Origin: Owenia fusiformis
Lineage: Eukaryota
Reading direction: 5' to 3'
Length of the DNA stretch: 64,000 nt
Assembly: GCA_903813345.2 (NCBI GenBank)
Contig: CAIIXF020000001.1
Location: 36,084,001-36,148,000, forward strand
Under the pieces are notes generated by a model. It made no database searches. It worked only from the letters and a program-made list of their open reading frames with translations, and had not been told where the DNA came from. Below are positions 27,425 through 39,524 of this stretch, piece after piece; the stretch's first letter is position 1, and every line of letters begins with the position of its first letter. A program made the position numbers and the translations under genes.

Positions 27425-28888
27425 ACAAGGCATTAACATGACAAAATGTCACCACCTAAAACAATTTGGTCAATTTAAAGCAAGACCTTTTTGACTTTGA
27501 AAAGGTCATTGAAGGTCAAATGGCAAATCTAAAGTCAGATTTGAACTTCTGAGAACATGTAGATGATTTTGAAAAAAAATTAGTCAATTTGAAGCAAGTT
27601 GAAAAAAGACCTTTTTGACCTTGAGAAGGTCATTGAAGGTCAAAGGTCAAATCTAAAGTCAGATTTGAACTTCTGAGAACTTGTAAAGTCAAATTTGAAC
27701 TTCTGAAAAGATGTAGATGATTTTGAAAAAAAATTTGGTCAATTTGAAGCAAGTTGAAAACAGACCTTTTTGACCCTTTTTGACCTTGAGAAGGTCATTA
27801 AAGGTCAAATGTCAAATCTAAAGTCAGATTTGAATTTCTGAGAACATGTAGATGATTCTGAAAAAAAAAATTAGTCAATTTGAAGCAAGTTGAAAAAAGA
27901 CCTTTTTGACCTTTTTTGACCTTGAGAAGGTCATTGAAGGTCAAATGTCAAATCTAAAGTCAAATCTAAAGTCATATTTGAATTTCTGAGAACATGTAGA
28001 TGATTTTGAAAAGAAAAATTAGTCAATTTGAAGCAAGATGAAAAAATACCTTTTTGACCTTTTTTGACATTGAGAAGGTCATTTAAGGTCAAATGTCAAA
28101 TCTAAAGTCAGATTTGAATTTCTGAGAACATGTAGATGATTTTGAAAAAAAATTTAGTCAATTTGAAGCAAGTTGAAAAAAGACCTTTTTGACCTTTTTT
28201 GACTTTGAGAAGGTCATTGAAGGTCAAATGTCAAATCTTAAGTCAAATCTAAAGTCAGATTTGAATTTCTGAGAACACGTAGATGATTTTGAAAATTTTT
28301 TTTAGTCAATTTGAACCAAGTTGAAAACAGACCTTTTTGACCTTTTTTGACCTTGAGAAGGTCATTGAAGGTCAAATCTTAAGTCAGATTTGAATTTCTG
28401 AGAACACGTAGATGATTTTTTAAAAAAAATTTAGTCAATTTGAAGCAAGTTGAAAACTGACCTTTTTGACCTTTTTTTACCTTGAGAAGGTCATTGAAGG
28501 TCAAATGTCAAATCTAAAGTCAGATTTGAAGGTCAAATGTCAAATCTAAAGTCAAATCTAAAGTTAGATTTGAATTTCTGAGAACATGTAGATGATTTTG
28601 AAAAAAAATTTAGTCAATGTGAAGCAAGTTGAAAAAAGACCTTTTTGACCTTGAGAAGGTCATTGAAGGTCAAATGTCAAATCTAAAGTCAGATTTGAAC
28701 TTCTGAGAACATGTAGATGATTTAGAAAAAAATTGAAGTCAATCTAAACAGTATTTGTTAAGTTATAGGAAGTTGTAAGAAATTGTTACAGACGCCGGAC
28801 GCCAACCTCCAACCTCCAACCACCAACCGCCGTCGCAAAAAAACGGAGACCACAACAATATGTCACCACTTTTGGTGGTGACATAATA
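27425..28888 (-). mobile_element. Helentron-associated element (HINE) carrying about nine copies of a ~130-bp satellite
   Basis: 11-bp subTIR ATGTCACCACC (27446) / GGTGGTGACAT (28874). Palindrome TATGTCACCAC-ttttg-GTGGTGACATA. 7-bp microsatellite (CCAACCT)n. Tandem core at ~27470-28745. Paralogous empty site at ~23935-23950. Confidence 0.85.
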
Positions 28889-29336
28889 ATTGAAAATATG
28901 TCCAGTTAAAGAAAATATTGTGTGGCTGTCTAACACAATAAACGATATTTCACTTTTAGTGATTTTATAACATGGGGTCAAGAGGGAATACCCTCGACCT
29001 AGAAGTCACATTTTCAAAGAAAATTATTTTTCAAAGTTGATAAATACTTTTTTAAACCACATTTCTAGATGCAATTTTACATGTAGACTTCAAATATGAT
29101 ATCACTTTGATTAAATTTTGATTATTTAATGAAGTAAATCAAGATTATTTCTACATGCATCTTCATGTAGTCTTTTTGTTGCTGTAGCTAATATTAATGT
29201 TGAACTGTTTTTTAATTCTAACATGAAGTGTCAGGAAATGGCATTAACTAGTGTACTCGCACTTTGACAAATTTAATTTTCAAAATCATTTTGAAAACCT
29301 AAGTCAGTGTTTAAGACAAAAACGTTATCTTATAGT

Positions 29337-30081
29337 GTACTAAACAAAAAATTCAAAAAGGCCATAGTTAAGCTTTAATGTTCTGTTTAAGAACCCCTAT
29401 TCTTACTATTGAAAATGGATTCTAGTAATACTCACCAACACAGATCTACTTTTTAAGACTCTATCAACTTGAGTTCTTCTGAGAAAATGAGGATTTTAGC
29501 AAGGGTACATTGATTTATATGGGGACATACTTCATTGGTTAATGACTTAGCATTGGGATACCATCATTTATCCTATGCCAAGTAGAGTTTTAGGGAGATA
29601 AGTTGGTAAGACATATCCCGTATCCTGATTTTGAGGTTTCCATATCCAGAACCTCCATATCTCCCGCCATATCTTCCGCTTCGGTGCATATCTTCCCGCT
29701 TCCGGTGCATATCTTCCCACTTCCGGTGATGCAATAAAATGACTTTGCATATGAATGATTTGTTTATTTTTACACCTTGTACTAGAAATGGCCATATGGC
29801 CCTGAAAACTCTACTTTGTATAGGATAAAGCAGTTATGTACGTTCGGTTTGGATAATGGGTTCATCCCTCGTGAGATATGCACATCTACCTTGGCCTCTA
29901 CGGTCCCTCAGGTAGATGTACATAGTCAATGTACCCTTGTTGAAATTCTCTGTTTTCTCTGAAGAACTCAAGTTGATTGAGTTTCATGTTGGTGAGTATT
30001 ACTAGAATCCATTTTCAGTAGTTAGAATAGGGGTTCTTAATCAGAATACTGGGCTTGCTTTTTGGAACTTTTTGTTGGTAC
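29337..30081. mobile_element. Foldback element with ~170-bp imperfect inverted arms (29337-29520 / 29918-30081)
   Basis: TTAAGAACCCCTATTCT...AATGGATTCTAGTAATACTCACCAACA...AACTTGAGTTCTTC...CAAGGGTACATTGA is mirrored at the right end. A solo arm recurs at ~63152-63328. Confidence 0.75.
29567..29923 (+). mobile_element. Nested inverted-repeat-plus-palindrome element related to 3706-4074
   Basis: Inverted repeat TTTATCCTATGCCAAGTAGAGTTTTAGGG (29567-29595) / 29800-29829. Internal 21-bp tandem CATATCTTCCCGCTTCCGGTG. GGCCATATGGCC palindrome. Hairpin at 29877-29923. Confidence 0.6.
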
Positions 30082-31563
30082 TAATAATTGTTTTTCACAT
30101 GTCATTGCAATTTCATAGAAGTGTTTTTTGACATGTCATTGTAATTTCATAGAGGATGTCAGTCTTGGATGATCGTATACATGCCAATGCAATTTAAACA
30201 GGCATGGTTATTGTTTATCATTTAAAGTGAAAATGGTTGCATTTACTTGCAATGGTTGCAAGAAAATCATGCAAACCTGCCAACCATTTGTAATGGTTAC
30301 AAATCATTGAAACACTTTCAATGATTTGCAACCACAATTGCAATGGTTGCATCCCAATGGTTGGCAATCATTACAGCAATGGTTGGAACAATGGTTGTGC
30401 AATGGTTTGTAACCATTTGTTTTCGGAATTTCAAGGTCGGAATTTTTATAAGGGGTGACATTGTGTTTACAAGAGCAGCAAGGCACAATTACTTTGTACT
30501 TCTTTATATTTATTGCCAGTTTGTTCTTTGTACAATAATTTCATTGGTTATTTATCATTTAGTTATTGCTAAAACTGTCATAATTTCCAATAGCAGGCGA
30601 GTTTAGAATGTTATTAGATTCTAGAGAAATGTGATCTCTGTGATCGGCCCTCCATTCCTCACGTAGATTATTACTTTACATCCATGGGTGATGGGTAACA
30701 CATATAAAAAATCTGAGGGGGAGATGTTGGAGGCCACTGTCCCCCCAGCCTTTTTTCTCAATTTTTTTGAGATTGTAGTTTTTATGGGTTTCAGATGTGC
30801 TCAGAACACCAGAGAGGGTCTAAACTTCATTTCATTGACCACACTTCATGATAATAAGCCTGTGTGGACTAGGGGGAAAATGCACGCTTCCCCAGCGGTC
30901 ACCCATAGTTCTAATTCCAGCTCAACCAAATTACTTTTTTATTATTTTTTTTGTTGTGCTTTTATTCTGCACTGGAATTATCATTTTTAACGATGTCATT
31001 TTAATATATACAAATGTATAGGCATTCAAAATCTTGTCAGTTGTCGGATTTATAAAAACAAAAATATGTCCAAATATTGCGTTTTACATAAAAATGAAAT
31101 TAAACTGGGTTATAAGAGTGTGTTTGGTCAGTTAATTTTGGTTTTAGGGGAAAACTGTGTTTAGAATATGGAGTTGTGATCATGATATTCCAAAGTACTA
31201 TTCTGTGCCTTTGCAAGATATTGTTTAGGATAATCAGCTCCGTGTTGTGCTAAAGGCTGGATTGATTTTATACTGCCTGTCGCTTTATTCCGACTTTTTG
31301 CCAATGGCCAATTGGATGTCTTTAACTTGATAGCTCTTGTAGGATGACCCTGGGTCATTGATTATGAAGGCAACACTTATAAAGGTACCTTAGATACCAT
31401 CATTGATTTGGAGCTTATTAACATAAACACAATCATGATAATTTGATCACCAGGACCGTGAGAAGGAACTCTTTGCATGAGAGATCAACTTTGTCCCACA
31501 CTCTTCAAATTCAGCAATCAACCTATGATCTTACTGAACCAATCAGTGCCTGTCATTTAAAGT

Positions 31564-31713
31564 TTTAAGCCCTGGACTCAGTGCAATGTGGAATGACCAT
31601 TCCTTGAAGTTGTTGCTTTCTAAAATTTGCACAAGATGCTCTGAGTGTTCATTTTAGGAAACAATGCCTGAAAGGAATGGTCATTACACAATGCATTGAG
31701 TCTTGGGCTTAAA
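31564..31713. repeat. 150-bp foldback inverted repeat bounded by TTAA
   Basis: TTTAAGCCC..GACTCA.TGCA.TGTG.AATGACCATTCCTT is mirrored by AAGGAATGGTCATT...TGAGTC..GGGCTTAAA. Confidence 0.8.
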
Positions 31714-32803
31714 TTCTTTTCATACATTGCAAAATGTATGAAAAAATCACCAAAAGAACATATTTTCAATGTGATTTTTTGCAGGGGTCAAGTTAGCAAG
31801 TTATCAATTTCAATCCGAGGAGTCCAGTTATCACCTTGACAACCATTTAGTTGGTTATTGGTTATAATGGAATGCAGTTATGGGAAATAGCATCTTTGGA
31901 TTGGTGGAATCAGACATACCTTGCCTAGTTATGTCTAAATGTTGAACCATACTTTCATAAAAGTAAATATATTAATAGAGCTCATTGGTTCTTTCTGGTT
32001 GGTTGAACGTTTACCTGTAAAATTTAACAGTAACCTCACTCAAGGGGCAAAAAAGTGAAATCTTGGCCTAAGGGCCAGGCCTTTGAAAGGTCAAGGTTGA
32101 GAAAATGTCAGTGTGTGTAGTTTGATTTGTTTTATGTCTCGGGCTATGATGGTCACCAGAAAAATAGGGGTGGGGCTGCTGTAAAATTGTCTTAACCATT
32201 TAGAGATTACTTTAGAACTAACCTCTGTGCTCAGCATAACAGGGACTGTAATACGTGAAAATGTCACATGTGTTCATGTGGGTATCTTCATGTTACATTT
32301 TTATGAACAAACAATTTTACTTTTTCTTTTCTGGCTATTATATATTTGCCTTGTTGGAGGAACCTACATTTTTATGTTTTAAGTCCAGTGGGACTCATTC
32401 TGAGTTTGTTATTGGTAGGCATTATTATGTATTTCCTATAACTGGAGCATTGTTTAGGAGAATAGCATTATTGTACATGGCTGATTAAAACTTTTTTGTA
32501 TCCCCAAGGATTTTAAGCTCTTCAATATCATCACTCACGGCTTCATAAAATTCAACTGTTTCCACAAAATGGTCAAAGCCACCCATAGTTACAAAACCGA
32601 ATATGCTTCTTAGAATTCTCGTATTTGCTCATTGATAAGCTCCCAATATATTCTGATACACATCTGATTAGATCAATAATTCTATTTAGAGGTGACCATA
32701 AAATTGAGGTGGTCAGTTTGAAGTTGATGAAATAGATCTTGCAATGGTCATTAACATTACTATGTTCATGGGTCTGTAAACAGAGACTAATCTTTATAGT
32801 ATG

Positions 32804-33635
32804 CAGGGCTTGCATTAACGGCGTCCCTTACATGTAAGTGACGCAAAAAAAAATTGTAGGACGGAAAAATAAAAAATATTTCCGTTTTTGGGACGGAAAA
32901 AAAATTGAGTCAAAACTTTGAACATTTTTTGAAAATCTTGAAAATCTCAATAGTTGATCATGTTTGACTTCTTTGAGGTGTATATTAAGATCAAAATATG
33001 TGAGATTTACAACTTTATTTTGAGAAAAAAAAGAAAAAGAATGCAGAAAAACGAACTATTGTAATGGGCGATAATAGGTTATCAGTTTGCATGTGACATA
33101 TTTTTCTCACTGAAAAGCTGATATTAAACCTTCAAAATGAGTTCAATTGTACAAATGATGCATACTTACTTAGGTGAAGTAGTCTATTTGTGATTATTTA
33201 ACGTCAAAATGGTCTAATTTATGATATAAATCAGAGGATTCTGATCACGTAGAAAATGTAGTGCTACACTAAATTACTGAGCGTCAGACAAATTCATACT
33301 AAAAAATGTTCTTATTTTTTCAAGCAGTTGTTCAGTGCAAACAGCAAGTATAAAGATAATCACAGTATAATAGTACTTACTATAACAGGCTGGAGGTTAC
33401 ATAACATAAGTGAATTGAATATAAAGAACATGTTTAAATCACAGGGCACGAATGGCAACATTTTGAAAACACATAAGACATGTATTAAAGATCAAGTCAT
33501 GCACATTCCAAAATAGCCCATTATAGCTAATTTAGCTTATATATTGGAGGACACGCTTTTTTCTGTCGGGACTCACTTTTTAAATTTTTTTCCTTCATTG
33601 GGACTCACATTTTTCAGAGCCTAATGCAAGCGCTG
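32804..33635. mobile_element. hAT-like non-autonomous element with 6-bp TSD (832 bp)
   Basis: 14-bp TIR CAG(G/C)GCTTGCATTA. Perfect TSD AGTATG (32798-32803 / 33636-33641). Subterminal GGACGGAAAAA and GGGACTCAC repeats. Confidence 0.85.
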
Positions 33636-35775
33636 AGTATGTATTCATAAAGGTTGAACTGACTCTGGTTTTTCCTGCAGAAGAGAATTTTTCATATTGC
33701 ATGAATGTACTCAAAGAGCCGTTTCTGCGATTCATCATTCTTAAGTCAGTGAAAATATAAATCTCTTGTTACTGATTGTTGAGGTATTTACCTCATGGGT
33801 TGTATAAGAGTAGATTTGTTTTGGAATTTTGAATTTTGTACCTTTTGCTAGAGATGAACTTCATCAGTACTCTGATGACACTATATTTTCTAGGTAGTAT
33901 ATATTACAAGTAATATCTATACATGTGTGGCTAATATTCATGTTCAAACTCCCAGTCATAGGAGATGCATTCATTTGAGATTGTTAGGATCAATAATCTT
34001 GTCACCACCAAAACAGTAATATCTGGAATCAGTCACGTTTCATGTTCACTACAACATACATGGCTGTTATGTACAGTATCATTTTTTTTTTTTTTACATT
34101 GTATTCATAGTGTTTGCTATTTATCAGAGTTGTGAATTTTCTACATTTACTTTTGGGAAAAAGCTTGGAAGAACTTTTTAAGTAACAGATATAAATTGGG
34201 TTAGTAGTGTATTTTGGTGTTTGTTATGGTAAGCGTTTAACTATTTAAGTGCCAAATCAAAAATATTGCAAAGATAGTTTTAGCCACCAAGGTTGTTATT
34301 TAAGTTATCAAACAGCATGATGTGATTCCCTGGCTGAAATCTATTTACTAAGCTTAATGAAAACCAATCTTTCTTGGCAACAATTTGTTAAGATAACATA
34401 AAATTCCATATTATTTTATCTATTTAAAAACAGCAGTGATCATGTATTTGATGTTATATTGTTATATCGTATTGATAAATGAGCTTAAATTGATGAGGGT
34501 CTTTGTTATTTTAGTGTGGGTTGTAATATGCCAACCTCTTTTTGGTTCTCGTGTATCTGGCCACACCAGGTAAACTATTTAACAGTTAGGTTTTATGGAT
34601 CATGTAGCAAAGAAAAATACGAAAAACATGGTTTGGTTAACATTATGGTTTACTTAACATTCTGTACTTTTGATCATTTATGAGCTTCTAAAGAGATAAT
34701 AAGAAGGAAAACTTGATTTGAAATAAACAAGCGGAGTCAACCCCCTTGAAGAATATGTGTTCCTTCGGGGTAATCTAGTCTATGTACTCAACCTATCACT
34801 CATCTGCTATCATCAAAAGCTTAGCACGGTCAGCAGGACATGCCAAAACATGGGTCGTTTCAGCTTTTGGTTCACTGAAGTAAATGTTTCAATTTTAGTA
34901 TTTTCTCACTGGTAGGTTGTCATTAGTCTTGAATAAGATCTCTGTGGTTCTAGTCTAGTTCTACATATATCTGCCATTTTCCCCATTTCCATTTTGTATT
35001 TTCCCAGTAGAGGGCACAATAGGTGGGATATTGGCGATGTAAGACCTTGATGTAAAATTATATTTTTATTCAATATTTGTGTGTTACATAATATGCAGTT
35101 CATGTATATTCTTTTGCATTGTTACTATATACAACACATGACTATGATGTTTTGAAGGCGGTATTTCAATGTTGGTATCTTTTCACAGGTGTCTAAAAAC
35201 GTTCATGTTATGTTAATACCCCGTTTCCAGCATTTGTAACTTGTAAAAGTTATATAGACCTTCAATTTGTGCATTCACCTTTTCAAATCCATCATTTGTA
35301 AAAATGATTGCAGTGAGCAAATTCTTAAAAGTCAACCTCTGGTACTATGTGTACTCAAGTAGGATAAGGTATACTGTATATTGTAATGAAGTTAGCTCTT
35401 TTTCATCTTTCAAGGTTATTTCTGTTTGCAAGTATACAGTTATGTTCTATTATAGATGCAAAATGTCTGGTCTATTTTAACACTTGACTTAGTAGATGAT
35501 GCTTCTGAGACTAGACAAGTAATCATGGTTTCATTAAAACACATGGTCTCTGCCCATAAGAATGATTTAATTAAGGTAAACATTCTGATAAAAGCTTGGT
35601 GGGAGGCAGATCTGAGAATCTGGTGTGATGGGGCCATTCTCCAAGCAGTTTTATTCAGTCTGTTCCTTCATCTCTACAGACCCTTGATTAAGAAGGGTTA
35701 AATCTCAGTTGTTTCACCCTTTCTTAGTTTTCAACAAAGTTTCATTTAATTTTATTACATATCAATATTACATAT

Positions 35776-35973
35776 TGTTATAGTCTCCAACATGGGTGCT
35801 GTATTGTGATCAGTTTGTCGGGTGGGTGGGCAGTCTACTGGGTAGGTGGGTGGGTATCCCGATAAATCTTGTGTATGGATGATGTTCAGTGGCTGATGTG
35901 CAGTGTCCAGCAGTTGGTGTTAGGCATCTGTAGCAAATGGCAGGTGGTGACATTTTGCATGTTAATGCCTTGT
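35776..35973 (+). mobile_element. Short HINE remnant(s); 3' end of the 27425-28888 family
   Basis: Ends in GGTGGTGACATTTTGCATGTTAATGCCTTGT. (GGGT)n microsatellite upstream. Confidence 0.6.
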
Positions 35974-38436
35974 TTATTATAGTATATAGTAATTTTATAT
36001 AGCAGCATTCACCCGTGAATCAAACCACGAATGGACCATTTAGAATTCTCCAGGGAATTGAAAGTCCACAGTGAAGAAAGGAAACATGATTACATATGAT
36101 AAATGCTTGAAGATTGGGAGGAGACTATGTTTAGGAATTATAGGCATCTGAGCCTTAAAAATAAGACCTTAGAAAGGTTTAATCCCTAGGCCCTCGACTG
36201 TTCAAGTTCATCTAGATTTGATGGTTTCAAAACAGGATGGTACATACAGATCAAACTTTCCTTTCAATTATTATAGTACCAATGTTGTGCCAGATTGTAC
36301 CTGTAATTTCAGATAATTATCCAGATTGCACCTGTATTTCCAGAAAGCTATAGACACAAATATGTTAGAATATGTTAGGCAATATTTTCTTAGTTTTTTT
36401 GGGGTAAAAACAGGGCAAGTTTTCATGTTCTGCAAACTGTAATTTTAGACATGTACCAAGTACTCAGTCAAATTATTCAGCCACATTTTCATATAATTCC
36501 TTGATAATAGATAGAAAAAATATAGTCATAAGAAAATATAGAAAAGATAGTAAAGTGTATGGCCTTGTAACTGAAAAATACATAGTATTAAGCTTATACT
36601 GAAAGAATCTTGGGACTTTGTCTCGGACTGTACACATTATTAACATCAATATATTAAATGTGCCTTATTGCATATAAGCTCAGTTTGTTAATCCATGACC
36701 TTGAGTTTCTAGGGTTAACAGGTTAACTGTAATAACTGAAAGTCTATGGACTATAAATTATTTATATGGTGATTCCTGAGATGAAAGCAGCCAGGATGAT
36801 TACCATTTGCAAGAGCTTAGTTTTTTCTGCCCTCTTTAAATCAGAGATGATTCTTTGATTTAGCAGATATATACAATCAGACTATTAAGTCAGAAAATCA
36901 CTATACAACTTGACTTATATTCTACATTCAGCCTCACATAGAATACTTAAACTTACATTTGAGAACATTGAGATCTTTCAGCATGAAAATTGTGAAATCA
37001 TCTGTAATAGTAAGAGGGTACTGAAGATGATGCTAATTAGTTAGGGTATTATAGATTGAATGTTATGGCAACCTCTATTTTCTGCATATATAAAACAATA
37101 TAGTATTCATAGTCTTATTTGGAAAAGGATAAAAGTAATTGGTAAATTTGTTAAAACCATCTATATGGTCATTATTTATGAGAAGCTGTCAGATATACGT
37201 AGGAGTGATAATCTATGTTCAGTGGAATAGAGATAACAAGGCAGAAAATATCGAAAATAGAGGCTTAAAGAAGCATAAGGTTTGTTTGGGGTTTTTGATT
37301 ATCTGATTGTTCATATAAGCAAAGCCAAAAAAAGATACCAATCAATATGCTAAGTACAGCTGAGAAAAAAGCAGATGAACTAATTTAGTTACCCCAGCTG
37401 GGATAATTGAGGTAATGGTTACAATTATAGCTGTCTATCTAAGCAAGAACATGTTCATAGTTGTTTCTTGTTCAATAAGACCATCAGAGTTAGTTGTATA
37501 CAGTTGATGTTTTTCACATGTATCACCTATACATCTACCCTGAGCACTAGCACCTAGTAGTTCACTCAGATGATGATGGATTGTTATTTGAAAAAGGGAA
37601 TATCAGGCCACCTTCTCTTCCACCAACGTGAACATCAGTTCTGACCTCACGAACTATATTCCTTGTACTCAAACCACGATTCTCACATCGCCAACTTGAG
37701 ATCTTTAGTCGCGCACCACCATTTCCAGGCTCTCGAACAAAATTCAAAATTCATATTCCATTCATGTTGAGTTGTTAATATTTTTCTCTCAACCATCTCA
37801 TGATAGACTATGCTATGAAAAGTTAAGAAGGAAGGAGTTGATATATTTAACTAAGCTAATCATTGGAGATGGTTTTGACAAAATACTGAACTGCTGAAAG
37901 AAAGGCATTCCAAACTAACATGTAAGACCCTGTACAAGTAGCTATCAGAAAGACTATATCTGGAAGAATATGTCAAGACTTTGCTCAAGTATTATTGAAT
38001 TTAACAAGTTAGTTCCAATGTCACTTTAAATGAAAACATTGTCTCAAAGACTTATACTGCTGTAATTGTTCATGCAGAAGAAGGCCTTTTTATATTTTTA
38101 ATCTGCATTTGCTATTGCTATATGACATCAGAATCTGTAACAATTGTTACACCTTTCAAGGTAGTGACGTTTTGTCTTGAGAATAATTTCCTAGTATCTA
38201 TCGTATCACTTAAAATTGTGCAGTATACCATTGATAATAAGACAAAATAAGGAAATTAGGACTTTTGCTAGTTCTAGTCACAACAAAATACTTAATCAGA
38301 TGGAAATAAAATGTTTTTGATTAGAAAGAATATCATCTAATGATGACATAACATGCAAATCACCAGACTGTATGAAAAATCCACCTGCCATACCATTGAC
38401 CTAATCATCTCGATTGAAGTCTTGATTTTTTGTGAA

Positions 38437-38544
38437 TGGTGTTTGGCATTCAGTGGTTGGTGTTTGATATTTGGTGGTTGGTGTACGGTGGTTGGTATCT
38501 GTAAAAAATAGCAGGTGGTGACATTTTGCGTGTTAATACCTTGT
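38437..38544 (+). mobile_element. Short HINE remnant, same family
   Basis: (GGTGGTT)n-like tract followed by GGTGGTGACATTTTGCGTGTTAATACCTTGT. Confidence 0.6.
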
Positions 38545-39105
38545 ATTCAATTGCAGATTTTCACTTGAATTAGTAAATCAATTGGAGATCAATACAAAAA
38601 CAATGAAGATAAATCAACAAGTCATTGTGACCAGAAAGTAATCATTTTCTCAGTCCCAAAAGCAATTGCAATAACCGCAGCCAAAATATTATTACAATAA
38701 GTAACAAATCATTTCTTTACTGAATCCTGTGTGTGGCCCCTTTGGGAATTAGTTGTCATGGAGACTATTCATATTTGTTGTATATCATGTATAAGAGTCT
38801 AATTTTCCTAGTTCTTGATATGAAATAATGTACCCAAAACCCATTGGCTAGTCTCGCTTCATTCTGGCTTCTGTCAATAATTTTACAGTTTTGATCTCGA
38901 TTAGATCTTATTGATGTTAGTAGTATGGCCTTAAATGGAAGTTTGAATGTAAATTGAATGTAGCTACTTTTATGCAGAAAATGTATACACTGTATTCTGA
39001 TAAAGAAACTAAAGAAACTATTATATTTAAGATGTGCAAGATCAAACAATTGCTTCTGATATTTTTTAAAGAAAGTGCACATTCAGCAAAACCAAGTTCT
39101 TAGAT

Positions 39106-39524
39106 CGAACTCCTATGCAGTGTCTCGGTATAGACACTGCGGCGGGCAGATTATGGAATCCCCAAAATTTGGGGAAGATAGTCCCCCTTTTTGTCACAGA
39201 TGTACTTGTTTTTCACACAACTTATAAAATATATGTTCTTTTATGTTCACCAATAATTATTTTGTCAAAATATTCCAAAATCAATGAAATATAAGAGGAA
39301 ATCCCCGCGGAAGGAATTCTGAGTAAAAGTTGTGTTGATAAAAGTTTACCGCACGTGTTGTTTATTAGTTAATACGCGCAATTCAACCAATGAAATTGTC
39401 TAAATTTTACAATCACGCGACCTGAGCATGGGACTAGAACCAATCATGTCAGTTGTTTATTACGATGTTACCATGCTTATGGTGAGATACCTGCCCGCCG
39501 CAGTGATCACTGCACAGGAGTTTG
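39106..39524. mobile_element. Mutator-like (9-bp TSD) non-autonomous element (419 bp)
   Basis: Perfect TSD TTCTTAGAT (39097-39105 / 39525-39533). Outer TIR C(G/A)AACTCCT(A/G)TGCAGTG. Inner perfect inverted repeat CACTGCGGCGGGCAG (39135-39149 / 39491-39505). Confidence 0.8.

Larger units (their letters stand above)
22360..29025 (+). repeat. Patchwork of local direct duplications
   Basis: ~650-bp block at 23128-23785, 24794-25491 and 26575-27200. 24200-24795 matches 25488-26097. 22530-23120 matches 26070-26500. 23810-24070 matches 27220-27424 plus 28890-29025. A ~140-bp subrepeat (GATATCTAGATTGATGTACTGG core) occurs about 10 times. Confidence 0.9.
20104..30454. mobile_element. EnSpm/CACTA-like (CCC termini) non-autonomous element; left end 20104-~20423, right end ~30230-30454, 9.8 kb in between
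   Basis: 39-bp TIR CCCTTATAAAAA(A/T)TCCGACCTTGAAATTCCGAAAACAAA with 1 mismatch. 2-bp TSD GT. Dense AACCATTGCA/TGCAATGGTT subterminal repeats at both ends. Confidence 0.65.

Noticed and set aside
29387..30040. Kolobok assignment from TTAA-GAACCC...GGGTTC-TTAA
   Set aside because: The inverted homology, and homology to the 63152 copy, continues ~45 bp outside the TTAA, so TTAA is internal rather than a TSD.
30682..30908. MITE with ATGGGTGA/TCACCCAT ends
   Set aside because: Inverted repeat too short and no TSD. Possibly an old remnant.
33063..33082. 19/20 reverse-complement match to 52906-52925 (TAACCCTATTATCGCCCATT)
   Set aside because: Could mark a shared element terminus, but the match does not extend and one such hit is near chance level for a 64-kb self-comparison.
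39135..39505. Transib/CACTA element from CACTG...CAGTG inverted repeats
   Set aside because: No TSD at these positions. The true ends lie further out with a 9-bp TSD.
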